DNA of 64,000 nucleotides, taken from the IMG/VR virus record IMGVR_UViG_3300050821_001994, positions 3,834 to 67,833 of that record, one strand, 5' to 3'. Positions 27,489 to 38,528 of the stretch are shown one piece after another (the first letter of the stretch is position 1; each line of letters starts with the position of its first letter). The DNA comes from a virus. The translations under genes and the position numbers were made by a program. The notes beneath the pieces were generated by a model. That model made no database searches. It saw only the letters and a program-made list of their open reading frames with translations, and was not told the origin of the DNA.

Positions 27489-29732
27489 ATGACAGACGAA
27501 ACACAAAACGACCCGTTGCCCGTAGGCGAAGGCCAGAACGGAACAGCCAGTCCGGAATCCGTACAACCCCCCGTCCCGACTGCTCCGCCTCAAGTTCCTA
27601 CGCAGCCACAGCCTCCAGCAGACCCGCTTGCCAACCACCCCGCCGTCCAGCAGGCGGGGCTTGTCCGCAAGATTGGCGAAACGATTGCGGGCGGGCCGCG
27701 CATCAAGACCACGATCAATCCTATGACGGGCGAGGTTACCCGAGAAAAACAGCCTCTCAGTACAAAGGACATCATTACCGGGGCCCTCGCAAACATCCTC
27801 GGCGGAATAAGTCAGGTAGCAGGCGGGGCTTTAGCTGGTCATCAAGGCCGCCCGGTTCCTCCTCCGCAGCCCCTTCCCACCCAAGTTGCCGCACAGCAAC
27901 AGGCACAGCAATCTAACGAGGATTTTGAGCGAGTTCAGAATCAGAAAGTCCGTCAGGCAAAGGTTATGAATGCCAACCTTGAAGCCATGCGGACTGCGTA
28001 CGCTTTGGGGAAAGAAAACGACGACGCGAAAGATTCAGTAGTTCAGAACCACGCGGGCGACCTTGAGAACTGGCAGAAAGCCGGGGCAGTCGAATCCTCG
28101 AATGTCCCGTCTGATGAGATTCTGAAGAAGGGCTTTGACAAGACTAAGTATGTAGCTATTCCGGACGGAAAAGTACCTGTATTCAACAAAGACGGAACTC
28201 GGGCGACCGACGAGAACGGCGTGCCACTAAGCCAACTTACCTACTCGGTAGTTGACGGAACGACTCAGGCCCCGTTGTCTCAAGACAAGTACGATCAGCT
28301 TGCCAAGTACGGACTGATGTCTGCAAGGCAGGGATTCAAGTTGCCCGAAGGAGCTAGCATCTCTTCTGCTCAGCTTGCGCTGATGAATCATAAGCTAGAC
28401 CTGATTAACCAGACTCAGCGGGAGCTAGACGAGGTTCACACTGCCGTGGGCGGGGAGAAGGTAGACCTCGCGGCTCAGATCAAGAAGAATCCGCAACTCT
28501 TGTCGGCGATTGAAAAATTCCACAACGACGCAAGCAGTACGGAACCGGACAATCAAGTCGCTAATATTTCGGGCAAGTATCCGCAGGCAGCGGGTTTGAT
28601 GCGCGAATTGTTCGGAAACGAGAACCTTGAGAAGTTTAAGGAAAACAGACTCGCCCGGACCAAAGCGGAGGCTACGTCTCAAGAAGAAGCAGCACGGCTC
28701 AAAGCTAAGGCGGCGACTCCCGAAGGACAAGCCGATCTTCAAGAAAAGAATCTTAGAATCCAGAAGTTGCAGAAAGACTTGGCGGATAAAGGCGGCATTG
28801 ACATGTCCAAGGTCCAGACGAATGTTCTGGACGGCGTGACCCCGGTGCCCGATCCGCATTATCGGGTGAATCAAGACGTTCTGTCCACTCTGAACGCCCA
28901 AGACCCCGGCATGGCGGCGAGCGTCAAGGCTATCGGCGAAGCCCGTGAGTTGATGACCCCGCAAGCGCAGCGTACCAAAGATGGGCAAGCAATTATGAAG
29001 TACGTGAACCTCGCCTATCCGGATTACAACGCGGCGAAAGTTGACTCCTACTTCAAGGGTCGTCAGACCGGAACCTCGGGCACGCTCGGGAACAAGGTCA
29101 ACTCGTTTGCTACCGCTATGGATCACTTGCAGCGGTACTACGATAACATTAACGCCGTCTCTACCGTTCCGGGCGTCAACACGATTGCTTCGATTCTTGG
29201 AAACGAGAAGGCCAAGGGTTTCGAGACCGACAAGCACGCTCTGGCTTCAGAAATTGCCAGTGCATACAAAGGCGGCGGAGTTCCTAGCGAGAAGGAAATC
29301 GAAAAGTGGACTGACTCTTTGGGCGGCATCACTCCGGCGCAAGCTAAGAATGGTGCTATTGAAACAGCAAAGTTGCTGCACGGTAAGTTCTCGGAATACG
29401 CGAATCAATTCCGGAACATGATTCCGGGCGGGCTCCGTGATGACAACTTCCAGTTAATGTCCGATAAGGCGGCTAAAGCCTACGAGCACGTTACTGGAAT
29501 AAAGATCGGAAGCACGCAGCCGCTAACTCAGGGCCAGAATCTCCCGCAAGGTGGAAATCCGCAAACCGGACAGCCCCAACAGAACAAGCAATCTGTACTT
29601 CAGTCCATCACCATGCCCGGAGGCGGGCACCCGATGGATGTGAAGTACGGCCCGAACGGATCAATGATTGTCTGGAGCGGTAAAGCGGGTGATCCGTGGG
29701 TGAATCCTGCTACCGGGCAGCCTGTTCAGTAG
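27489..29732 (+). CDS. Probable internal virion / ejection protein
   Basis: 747 aa, helical, Q/A/K-rich; position. Confidence 0.55.
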   Translation: MTDETQNDPLPVGEGQNGTASPESVQPPVPTAPPQVPTQPQPPADPLANHPAVQQAGLVRKIGETIAGGPRIKTTINPMTGEVTREKQPLSTKDIITGALANILGGISQVAGGALAGHQGRPVPPPQPLPTQVAAQQQAQQSNEDFERVQNQKVRQAKVMNANLEAMRTAYALGKENDDAKDSVVQNHAGDLENWQKAGAVESSNVPSDEILKKGFDKTKYVAIPDGKVPVFNKDGTRATDENGVPLSQLTYSVVDGTTQAPLSQDKYDQLAKYGLMSARQGFKLPEGASISSAQLALMNHKLDLINQTQRELDEVHTAVGGEKVDLAAQIKKNPQLLSAIEKFHNDASSTEPDNQVANISGKYPQAAGLMRELFGNENLEKFKENRLARTKAEATSQEEAARLKAKAATPEGQADLQEKNLRIQKLQKDLADKGGIDMSKVQTNVLDGVTPVPDPHYRVNQDVLSTLNAQDPGMAASVKAIGEARELMTPQAQRTKDGQAIMKYVNLAYPDYNAAKVDSYFKGRQTGTSGTLGNKVNSFATAMDHLQRYYDNINAVSTVPGVNTIASILGNEKAKGFETDKHALASEIASAYKGGGVPSEKEIEKWTDSLGGITPAQAKNGAIETAKLLHGKFSEYANQFRNMIPGGLRDDNFQLMSDKAAKAYEHVTGIKIGSTQPLTQGQNLPQGGNPQTGQPQQNKQSVLQSITMPGGGHPMDVKYGPNGSMIVWSGKAGDPWVNPATGQPVQ

Positions 29733-29940
29733 CCCGTCCTAAAGTATTGCCAAAAGTTTCCATCGACATTTTCTTTCCCGAAGCACTTCGGATACGGGCG
29801 TAGATGTTCATATCGTAAAGTTTCCCGTTCAACTTAATCAATTCCTTTGCCCCTCGCTTTATTTTGCGGCAATAGCAATTGGTTGATTTCATAATCAAGT
29901 TCGCCAAATCATACGGATGAATGCTTCTTACTTTAGTCAT
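29710..29940 (-). CDS. Small hypothetical protein (antisense insertion)
   Basis: TTGACA-17-TACTAT promoter (29989-29961) and AAGGAG RBS before ATG. Confidence 0.55.
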   Translation of the reverse strand: MTKVRSIHPYDLANLIMKSTNCYCRKIKRGAKELIKLNGKLYDMNIYARIRSASGKKMSMETFGNTLGRATEQAAR

Positions 29941-29990
29941 CGTTGTTGCTCCTTGAGTACATAGTAATATAAAACACATAATTTGTCAAT

Positions 29991-32093
29991 ATGGCACAAC
30001 CTCTTGAAATCCCGATGCCTGTAAGCAGTGGTGCAATCGACCAGCCTTCGGCCCCTCAGTCCGGAGTTCCTTCCGGGCCTCCGCCCGTTCCTGCCGGATT
30101 CTCGGACGCTCCGCCTGTTCCTGCGGGCTTCTCAGACACTAGTCCGTCTTCCGGACAAGAGAATCCGCTTCAGTCCGTCATGGATGAAGGCAAGCCCACG
30201 GGCGCGGAGCAATTTGTCTCGAACGCCGGAGAAAACTTCCTGAAAAGCGCGGAGGGAACTCTAGCGGGGGCGGGAAACATTGGAAATAAATTAACGGGTG
30301 GACTGCTTGAGAAAGCAGGCAACAAGATCGGGGATGTTCTCGGGCTTCCGAAAGAAAACTCCAACTCCCCCCACGTTGACCCTTATAAAGCTACGGGACA
30401 AGAAGCAGATAAAGGAGTCGGCGGTACGGCGGAAAAGATTATCGGCTACGGTGGGGAAAACCTTGTCGAGTTTATGCTAGGAGACGAAGCCCTGAAAGGG
30501 ATGTCTCTGGCAGAAAAGATGAAGAACATATCGGGCGCGGTTGCTATTTTTGAGAAGTCCCCCGTCCTGATGAAAGCCGTACAAACGGGAACCAACATTA
30601 TAAAAGCGGTCGGAGAGTTAGGAGTAGCAGATAAAGAGGCTATTCAAAAATCCCCTATCCTTGCCCGCTTGGTTTCTTTGGGAATGGACGCTGCCCGCGA
30701 AGGAACGGTAGCGGGTGCCCAAGAAACAGCTAAAACAGGCGATGTTAAGAAGGGTGCCGAAACAGGGGCAATACAAGCGGTAACTTCCGGAGTCCTAGGA
30801 GGAGCTTTTAAGGCGCTCGGACGTGCGGGCGAGAAAGCTGGAGAAGCGGGAAAGGCTGTTCAGGAAGCGTCCTCTCAAGCTGCGGCTGCTCCTAGCAAGG
30901 TTGAGGCGGGCGAGAAAGTTGCTAGCAAGATTCAAGATGCTGAGCAAACGATGCACTCGGACTTCGAGACCGGAATCCAAAACCTGAAAGGCAAACTCGG
31001 AGACGCCAAGATTCCGTACAAGGGTAGCCCGCTACAACAGTCGGCTGCTGACGCTATGGAAGGACGGGCAGATGTTCCGTCGAAGAAAACTACGGCGCTC
31101 GGAAACGAGTTCAAGGACTTGGCGGGAGGCTCGGAGCAAACCAAGAAGTTGCTGTTCGGATTGACTGACCCCGGTAAAGAAGGCGACCTGACGATTGACG
31201 AACTGATTCAGAGACGCCAGCAACTAGGCGAGAAGATCGGGCAAATGACTAAGGGTGCGACTAGCTCGGCGGATCGGGCGGACGTACAGGTGTACCAGAA
31301 ACTCCGGGACGGGATCGACCAGACAATTGATTCGCTCGCGAAGAACTCTGGCTCGCCCGAAGCATCACAAGATTACAAAGCCCTTCGAGATGCGTACAAG
31401 ACCAAGGTAGGCTTGTTCAAAGAGCCTGTGATCCGGGCGTTGAGCGATCCCGGAGTTGACAAGGCTACGAGCCTCGATAACGCGGCCAAGTATCTTCTTT
31501 CGGGCGGGAAGGTTCTCGATAAAGTCGGGACGCTCGAACAGGTGATCGGTTCTGACGGGCTGAAGGACTTCGGAAAACACATCGTTCAGAACGTGATGGC
31601 CGATGCTGCTCCGGAAGGTGGGCAAGTAAATCCGATCAAGTTCGCGAAGGAGTGGAAGAAGATCGAGGCTCTGCCGCCCGAGGTCAAGACCAAGTTGTTT
31701 GATATGTCCGGTGCGGCGGATGGGCTGGATAAACTATCAAAAGACCTGAAGTCGGCGGCCAATTACCATAGACTTGTCCGAGCAGGAATCCTCAGCGCGG
31801 CAGGCGGCGGGTTAACTCACGGATGGGGCGCGATCCTCGGCTTGCTCGGAGAAGCGAATCTCGGCAAGGCTACGGAGTTACTCGACAAGGTGGCGAATAG
31901 CCCGAAAATGTGGTCCGCTTTCCGTACAGCGGGCTCGACGGCAGAAAAGGTTGCTGCAAGCCCGACGGCCCGTAGAGCAGCCACCGCTGTTAAGTACGGT
32001 ACGGGCAGTGCGTTGAATAACGTGCTTCAGGGGGCTAACGATTCCTTGAGCAGCCCGATACAAGAAGACGAAGGGGTATACACCAATCAATGA
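29991..32093 (+). CDS. Probable internal virion / ejection protein
   Basis: 700 aa, A/G/K-rich and helical. Confidence 0.55.
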   Translation: MAQPLEIPMPVSSGAIDQPSAPQSGVPSGPPPVPAGFSDAPPVPAGFSDTSPSSGQENPLQSVMDEGKPTGAEQFVSNAGENFLKSAEGTLAGAGNIGNKLTGGLLEKAGNKIGDVLGLPKENSNSPHVDPYKATGQEADKGVGGTAEKIIGYGGENLVEFMLGDEALKGMSLAEKMKNISGAVAIFEKSPVLMKAVQTGTNIIKAVGELGVADKEAIQKSPILARLVSLGMDAAREGTVAGAQETAKTGDVKKGAETGAIQAVTSGVLGGAFKALGRAGEKAGEAGKAVQEASSQAAAAPSKVEAGEKVASKIQDAEQTMHSDFETGIQNLKGKLGDAKIPYKGSPLQQSAADAMEGRADVPSKKTTALGNEFKDLAGGSEQTKKLLFGLTDPGKEGDLTIDELIQRRQQLGEKIGQMTKGATSSADRADVQVYQKLRDGIDQTIDSLAKNSGSPEASQDYKALRDAYKTKVGLFKEPVIRALSDPGVDKATSLDNAAKYLLSGGKVLDKVGTLEQVIGSDGLKDFGKHIVQNVMADAAPEGGQVNPIKFAKEWKKIEALPPEVKTKLFDMSGAADGLDKLSKDLKSAANYHRLVRAGILSAAGGGLTHGWGAILGLLGEANLGKATELLDKVANSPKMWSAFRTAGSTAEKVAASPTARRAATAVKYGTGSALNNVLQGANDSLSSPIQEDEGVYTNQ

Positions 32094-32383
32094 CCTACTC
32101 ACACAAAAGCGGAGCTAACGTAGCCACCAAGCCGCTCGACATGAACTCGGAGCACGACACGGTAAAAAGCCGTCTTACGGGCCACGACCACGAGATTATG
32201 TTCGGACCTTTGCCCGCAGCGGCGGACCCGAGCATGGGCGGTCAGGTGCCCGCGAATCCATTTGCGAGCCGAGCACAAGCTGGCTACATGCACCTTCATC
32301 CGGACGTTTTGGGAAAGACCGCACTCGCAGAGTGGGATCGCGAAACCAAAGGCAAAAATCTACCTAAGCACGTTAAGAAATAA
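32090..32383 (+). CDS. Hypothetical protein
   Basis: ATGA overlap; PFASRAQ..EWDRETKGKNLPKHVKK. Confidence 0.6.
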   Translation: MTYSHKSGANVATKPLDMNSEHDTVKSRLTGHDHEIMFGPLPAAADPSMGGQVPANPFASRAQAGYMHLHPDVLGKTALAEWDRETKGKNLPKHVKK

Positions 32384-32400
32384 TAGGACACTTTTTCTCA

Positions 32401-32808
32401 ATGGCATCTCGCGCAGAGGAATACGTAAAGTCCCATCTTATCCATACAGCTTGGAAGTATGGGCAGCATTACGGGGGAACGCCCGCAATGATGGCAATTC
32501 TTCACGTCCTTAAAGCAAGACAGCGGGCCGGATGGGGGACATATCTACACATTCTGGATACCGTGGATAAGTGGCACGCAGCCCCACCTAAAACCACCAC
32601 CCACGCAGACATTTGGGACAGGCGCTTTTTGAGTTTGTGGAATGAAATCGACGGGATTTGCGACGATACGAGGCGCGACCCAGTGAATGGTGCGCTCTAT
32701 TGGGGGGACACCACGGATATTCAATCAGACTGGTTCATGGAGCACGTTTGCCTTAATCCGGAAAAGATTCGTTGTGCCGACATGGGATCGTTGACCTTTT
32801 GGCGCTGA
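32401..32808 (+). CDS. Degenerate SleB/Hydrolase_2-like protein
   Basis: AMMAILHVLKAR..DPVNGALYW..GSLTFW; the catalytic Glu is not obvious. Confidence 0.45.
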   Translation: MASRAEEYVKSHLIHTAWKYGQHYGGTPAMMAILHVLKARQRAGWGTYLHILDTVDKWHAAPPKTTTHADIWDRRFLSLWNEIDGICDDTRRDPVNGALYWGDTTDIQSDWFMEHVCLNPEKIRCADMGSLTFWR

Positions 32809-33482
32809 TGCTTCTTTGACCGTTCGACTCCTTGTTCCGCGTTAGTCATCCATTTGCAGTTTTCAGGGCAGTAGTTTCCGATATCCCCGAACCGACCGAG
32901 CGACAAACCTTTTGGTTTTTCTTCCATGTCTCGCAAAAAGTTTGTATACCCTTCGGGGTTTTTAGAGTGCCATCTGTCGCACACGGAGATTCCAGCCGCC
33001 CCGTATGTTTTATAGTCTTGGTTATTGGGGTTGTTGCACCTATTGTTCATGGATTTCCATGACACATAGGTCGGGGTTTTCCGCATGTTTTTGGTGAACC
33101 CTTTGGTGCTGAAACACCCGCAATTAGAGTTTCTCTTGTCTCGTATACAAGGAACGAGACATTGTGTACTGCGCTTAATTGTGTTTCCGCAATCACATTG
33201 ACAAAGCCACACAAATCGCCCGTTGCATCGTTCTGCGGTCGCGGCTATCACGACGAGTTTCCCAATTCGGGTTCCTACCAAGTTCCGGCTCTTTTTAGTC
33301 TTCTTGTTGAGGCAACCGCAACTCTGTACGTTTCCGGATTTAAGATTAGCTCCTCGAACAGATTTTGTATTACCGCAAGAACATTGGCAGAACCAAAAGG
33401 GTCTGCCGCCGTCCGGTCTGGGATCGCGCCCTTTGACCGTCAGTTTTCCGAATGTTTTGCCCGTCAAATCTATTAGGTCCAT
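32721..33482 (-). CDS. HNH-type homing endonuclease (antisense)
   Basis: DLTGKTFGKLTV..CQCSCG repeats; SWKSMNNRC; GNYCPENCKW. Confidence 0.85.
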   Translation of the reverse strand: MDLIDLTGKTFGKLTVKGRDPRPDGGRPFWFCQCSCGNTKSVRGANLKSGNVQSCGCLNKKTKKSRNLVGTRIGKLVVIAATAERCNGRFVWLCQCDCGNTIKRSTQCLVPCIRDKRNSNCGCFSTKGFTKNMRKTPTYVSWKSMNNRCNNPNNQDYKTYGAAGISVCDRWHSKNPEGYTNFLRDMEEKPKGLSLGRFGDIGNYCPENCKWMTNAEQGVERSKKHQRQKVNDPMSAQRIFSGLRQTCSMNQSD

Positions 33483-33557
33483 AGCATGAAGTATAGCAAG
33501 TAATTTGTCATTTGTCAAGTTGACAAAACCCGCCCGAATTCAAATCAAGGATTAACA

Positions 33558-36500
33558 ATGAAGTCTCTTATCAAACTGATGATGGTAGTGTGCCTGTGTG
33601 GAGTTGTTTACGGGCAGCGTGATGGTGTTCCGACTTTCATTCCCGCCGACACTTACGAAGTTGATACAATCAATTTGCTGACTTTAGCTCCCGTATTCAA
33701 CATTCCAATTCTGTCCAAGAACGAATTTCTTCCTTTTGGGTATGTAGAGACTTCTAGTCAAGGATGTTCAGTGACCGGGAGCCCATCGGTTCTCGTATGC
33801 GGCAGCCCTAATGGGGCGGTTTTTAACGGATATTCTTCTGGTCTTTTGGGAACATATGTCGTAGTGACGGGCGGTACGCAAAACGGCACTTGCCCCTACT
33901 ACTCCGGATGGTACGTTGTTAGCGGCGATGGCTTGGATTACCATCCCGTAGCTTCTACATACAGCCTTTATAAATGCAGCGGCCCGTCAAGTTTTACCGC
34001 CACTACTATTGATGGATCAGGATACACGCTGTCTGTGCACATGACCTCCGGTGTTGTGTCGGGCACCGTTACCTCTTCTTCCGGACGAAATGTGTCGGTG
34101 TCTTCCTTTACGCCTTCCGTTCCCTCGGGGGGACAGTCGTCTTCATCTTTAAGCGAGAGCGATTCTTTTGGTAACTCTCAAAGCAGTTCAGCCGGGGTGT
34201 ATACCGACTCTCTGGGAGTCCAAACTCTTACCGCCACAAATAGCGGATTAAACCAGATATTCACACAGTGGACCGATACGCAGGGAAACCCGCAGCAAAT
34301 TACATGGACTCTCGTAACATCTCAGCTATCCATAAATTTGACCGGAGAAACATGCGCTAGTAATTGGTATAGTCGAGCTTTTTACCCGCTAACTTCTATA
34401 GGCTATCCTGACGGAACCTCCGTTGGAAATATTACATACGAACCGGGCTCCGGAGGCTCAGGTACAACTACCGGGAGAATTCAATCTTTCACGCTCCGAA
34501 CAGGCGGGGTGATTTCTTATGCCTACAATACGCCGTGCAATAGTGCGGGCACGACTAACTCGTTGACTAGAACTACCCCCGATGGTTCTACTGCCTACAC
34601 AAAAGCAGTTGTGGTTCAAAACGGTTCCGAAATCACATACTCTACAACTGTTCTCGATCCGGGAAAAAACAAAACTGTTTATTACTTTCCCGTGGTATCT
34701 GGAACGAGCTACGCCCCTGTTGTTAGTGAGATAGACAGATACCAAAATACGGGCACGGTATCGTCCCCCGTGTACACTCTTCTTTCTAAAGATGTCGTGT
34801 GCTATAACGGAGTCCAGACAAATTGCAGGGACACCGACCCGCTATACCCCATCACGCAAAGAGATACATACCACACAATCGGTGCGATGTCTACCAGTTC
34901 TCGGGTGAGCGAGACTTTTGATTCGTATGGAAATCGTGCCACCGTCGCCAACTACGATTTCGGCGCATCGAGTTTCACCACAAAGACAACAACTACATAC
35001 GGATCAAGTTGCGGGCCCAACGCAAACATAAACGATTTGCCGTGTGACGTGCTGACCACCGATGGCGCACACAACCTTTCCGAAACGAAGTACACATATA
35101 ATTCAAACGGAGCACCTCTCTCTAGTTCTCGATTGACGGGATCAACGTGGCTTACAACGAACTACACTCCAAACGCCACGGGAACCATAGGAATTGTTCA
35201 AGAACCTAACGGACAAACCATCAACATTGGATGGGACGCTACGGGCACCAACGGCGGCTGTAACGGAATGTTGCCCACATGGACTTCCACAGTTCTAAGC
35301 GGCGTGACACTAAAAACCTCACAGACTTGGGATTGCAATACTGGTTTACCGTTAGTTAGTACCGACGTAAACGGAAACTCACCGCTTCCTAATCTGTACG
35401 ACTCAATGCTTCGCACGTCGCAGGTGACTGATAATCTTCAAGCGTATCAGCTTTCTATGCTCTATACGAGTAACACGGTTTCTATAGTTCCGTCATTTGG
35501 AACAACCAGCATGAAGTTTTTTGACGGCCTAGGGCGAGACGTTGTTTCTCAGCACAGGCAGACTCCGAGTTCTTCGAACTACGATACCGTGTCGTCGTCC
35601 TATGCGTTTTCTGGCCCAAATGCACAGGTCATTTCAAGTTCTCCGTGTACTCAAACGTGGGATACCTCCTGCACAACTAATTTCACCACTAGCGTAGTCA
35701 ATCCTCTCGGGCTTCCGATATCCACTACCGATCCGCTCGGCGGGACTCTGACGTACGTCTACAACAAGAACGATGCTTCGGTTACGGTCGGCCCCGCACC
35801 TTCCGGAGAACATGTAAAAACCATCCAAACCGAAGTAGACGGTCTCGGCAGAACCAAATCTGTCTGCACTTTGCAGACGAGTGGCGGCACGGCTTGTGGT
35901 CAGGCGATGGGCGGCTCTGGAATTCTCGATACTTACTCCTACTCGTTCGGGGCCGGAACAGCAACTACGTCAGTGACTCGTGGAACTCAGACCCACACGA
36001 CTACCGTGGATGCTTTGGGCCGACCTATTTCAGTCACTACGCCCGAGTCCGGAACCACAACATATTACTATGACTCCGTTACTACCTCGGCATGTGGAAC
36101 CGTAACTTCGGCAGGAACGCTATTAGAAATTAAAGACAATATAGGCAATTACTCCTGCTTCCTTCCAGACGGGGACGGGCGATACACATCAGTCGGAACC
36201 AACATCGCCAGCACTTCTCCATGCAAACGTTTCGCCTATGACAACGTGAACGGATTTTATGGGCAGGGATCTCCGACAGGGTACGTCGGAAATAATTTAG
36301 TGGGCCGCGTGGTAGAGGCGGAAACAGACGATTGCACTTGGCCGACTTCACCTGCGCACATGTTGACTGATGAATGGTTCAGCTACGACGCAGACGGGCG
36401 AATGACAGATATGTGGGAATCTACGCCGCATTCCGGAGGATACTACCACACATCTGTTGCCTACAACCCTAACGGCACGATCAATGCGCTCAACGGCATT

Positions 36501-38327
36501 CCCGGCTACGACGCGTACACCTCCGGAGTTGACGGCGAGGGTCGCCCGAGTACCGCCTCGCAGGGCACAACTACTATTATCAACGGGGTTACCTACGACG
36601 CGGGCAGCCGTCCGCTTTCCGTACTCGTTGGAACTTCTGGCGACAGCGATACTTTTACGTATGACGCCGTTGAGAAAATGAAGACCTACACGTTTTCCGT
36701 AAACGGCAAATCTGATGCCGGAGTATTGACTTGGGACCAAGACGGAACGCTGGGAACTCTCGCAATTACCGACACATTCAACACCGGAGGGTCACAGACC
36801 TGCAATTTCGCCTACGATGACGTTGCCCGTTTAACCGATGATAATTGTGGATCGACCCTGTGGCACCAAACGTACAGTTACGATCAATACGACAATCTCA
36901 CGAAGACCGGAAATCCCGGTACTTCTTGGAATCCCGGCTATAACACAGCAAACAACGAAATGGTGGGAAGTTCGTATGACGCCGATGGGCATCTCCTCTA
37001 CGATGGCGTGAACACCTACTCGTGGGACGCCTACGGGAAACTATCAAGCGCACGTTTAGGCAATGGAACTCCGGTATGTGGACAGAGCGGTTCATACTGC
37101 GTTACCTATGATGCTTTTGGTCGGATCGTTGAGGCCTCTAGCGGCAGCAGCACGTATGAATACCTATTCAGCCCTGTCGGGCGTGTAGCTACAACGAGCG
37201 GCGCAACCAATGTCTTCGAGTCTTTTTTACCTCTACCGGGAGGGCCATCTTTGAAGATGACCGGACCCAATGGTAGCGGAACAAAAGTAATTATTCACAA
37301 AGATTGGCTCGGTTCTGGACGGTTAGGGACAAACTTTGGATCGAGAAATATGGCGTGGGATGCTGCACGCACTCCATACGGAGAAGCCTACGCTACTTCG
37401 GGAACTGTAAAACAGGATTTCACGGGCGATCTGCAAGACATCATGCCGGGATTGTTCGACACACCAAATCGGGAATTGGCAACCAACGCTTCTCGGTGGC
37501 TGTCTCCTGACCCGGCTGGTGCGAGTTGGAATGCGTATTCGTATCCTACAAATCCTAATATTTCAACAGACCCGACAGGACTCTACGCCGGGGGTGTGGG
37601 GGCCGGGTTCCACTCTTGTCCGGCATATGGGGCTTGCGGCGATCTTACCGCTTTTGATGAACCGTACTCCCAAGCTTTAACTATAACTATACCTAGTAGC
37701 CCTATGAGCGACATCATAGACTTCTTTATCGGGCAGGATAACAATAGCCCATCTGGAGCGCAAGCTACGGGAGCCTTGTCCGGAGAAGAACAATTTTCTC
37801 TGCTGCCCCGAGGAACCGATGCTCTAGGTATGATAGGTGACTTTCAGTGGCCCAATAGAGATTCCAACGCGCAGTTTCAATATGCAGGAGACGTAGCTGG
37901 AACTCTCGGTCTTCACGGCCCGCTATCCAACGGAGAGGATTGGTGGCAACGAATATCCGATACGATGTCGGCTGTTGCGTTGCTCGGAAATGGCAGAAAC
38001 GTTGAGCCCCGATTGATGCCTGTGCTGGAAAAGAATCCTTTCAGCATTAACGAAACCATAGACTTGATTGACCGTCTAAGTTCAGAAAACGGTGGCCTGA
38101 CGGGTAACGGCGAACCCCTACCCTCGCAAGGGTCGGATGTGGAATTCTGGGATAAAGCTAGATACAGAGGCTCGCACGCAGATTCGTGGCAGTCGAAATG
38201 GGTTTCCTACGGAAACGAGGCTCCTACAACTTCGGCTTTCTATACTGGTTCGTTTAAGCCGGGGTATGCACCGTTGGATTCTAGCGTAATCCAACACCTT
38301 ATAAATCTAGTGATTGGTTTGCAGTAG
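33558..38327 (+). CDS. RHS/YD-repeat protein with signal peptide and C-terminal tip
   Basis: Many YD/DxxGR repeats; RWLSPDPAG..NAYSY..DPTGL core end; hydrophobic N-terminus. Confidence 0.9.
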   Translation: MKSLIKLMMVVCLCGVVYGQRDGVPTFIPADTYEVDTINLLTLAPVFNIPILSKNEFLPFGYVETSSQGCSVTGSPSVLVCGSPNGAVFNGYSSGLLGTYVVVTGGTQNGTCPYYSGWYVVSGDGLDYHPVASTYSLYKCSGPSSFTATTIDGSGYTLSVHMTSGVVSGTVTSSSGRNVSVSSFTPSVPSGGQSSSSLSESDSFGNSQSSSAGVYTDSLGVQTLTATNSGLNQIFTQWTDTQGNPQQITWTLVTSQLSINLTGETCASNWYSRAFYPLTSIGYPDGTSVGNITYEPGSGGSGTTTGRIQSFTLRTGGVISYAYNTPCNSAGTTNSLTRTTPDGSTAYTKAVVVQNGSEITYSTTVLDPGKNKTVYYFPVVSGTSYAPVVSEIDRYQNTGTVSSPVYTLLSKDVVCYNGVQTNCRDTDPLYPITQRDTYHTIGAMSTSSRVSETFDSYGNRATVANYDFGASSFTTKTTTTYGSSCGPNANINDLPCDVLTTDGAHNLSETKYTYNSNGAPLSSSRLTGSTWLTTNYTPNATGTIGIVQEPNGQTINIGWDATGTNGGCNGMLPTWTSTVLSGVTLKTSQTWDCNTGLPLVSTDVNGNSPLPNLYDSMLRTSQVTDNLQAYQLSMLYTSNTVSIVPSFGTTSMKFFDGLGRDVVSQHRQTPSSSNYDTVSSSYAFSGPNAQVISSSPCTQTWDTSCTTNFTTSVVNPLGLPISTTDPLGGTLTYVYNKNDASVTVGPAPSGEHVKTIQTEVDGLGRTKSVCTLQTSGGTACGQAMGGSGILDTYSYSFGAGTATTSVTRGTQTHTTTVDALGRPISVTTPESGTTTYYYDSVTTSACGTVTSAGTLLEIKDNIGNYSCFLPDGDGRYTSVGTNIASTSPCKRFAYDNVNGFYGQGSPTGYVGNNLVGRVVEAETDDCTWPTSPAHMLTDEWFSYDADGRMTDMWESTPHSGGYYHTSVAYNPNGTINALNGIPGYDAYTSGVDGEGRPSTASQGTTTIINGVTYDAGSRPLSVLVGTSGDSDTFTYDAVEKMKTYTFSVNGKSDAGVLTWDQDGTLGTLAITDTFNTGGSQTCNFAYDDVARLTDDNCGSTLWHQTYSYDQYDNLTKTGNPGTSWNPGYNTANNEMVGSSYDADGHLLYDGVNTYSWDAYGKLSSARLGNGTPVCGQSGSYCVTYDAFGRIVEASSGSSTYEYLFSPVGRVATTSGATNVFESFLPLPGGPSLKMTGPNGSGTKVIIHKDWLGSGRLGTNFGSRNMAWDAARTPYGEAYATSGTVKQDFTGDLQDIMPGLFDTPNRELATNASRWLSPDPAGASWNAYSYPTNPNISTDPTGLYAGGVGAGFHSCPAYGACGDLTAFDEPYSQALTITIPSSPMSDIIDFFIGQDNNSPSGAQATGALSGEEQFSLLPRGTDALGMIGDFQWPNRDSNAQFQYAGDVAGTLGLHGPLSNGEDWWQRISDTMSAVALLGNGRNVEPRLMPVLEKNPFSINETIDLIDRLSSENGGLTGNGEPLPSQGSDVEFWDKARYRGSHADSWQSKWVSYGNEAPTTSAFYTGSFKPGYAPLDSSVIQHLINLVIGLQ

Positions 38328-38498
38328 CTTTTCTATATACGAACAGGCCGGACATTCCAAATTGGAATGGTCGTGGTCGTGTGTCACGCCCGGAGGAAGA
38401 GAATCTATATTGGGGGGCTCATGTGGATGAGGCTTCTCGGCGTAGCGTGGGCCGAGAACCTTCAGTTCTTCTTCCGTCAACGGTGGCAATGTTCTCAT
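38307..38498 (-). CDS. Small hypothetical protein
   Basis: HDH..CPAC; downstream of the HNH gene on the same strand. Confidence 0.4.
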   Translation of the reverse strand: MRTLPPLTEEELKVLGPRYAEKPHPHEPPNIDSLPPGVTHDHDHSNLECPACSYIEKLLQTNH

Positions 38499-38528
38499 TC
38501 CAATATTCTAACAAAGTGAAGGAAAATG

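Noticed and set aside
18179-29237. Long antisense ORFs such as 18179-18940, 22559-23110 and 28425-29237
   Set aside because: Shadows of + strand genes, with no RBS, promoter or motifs
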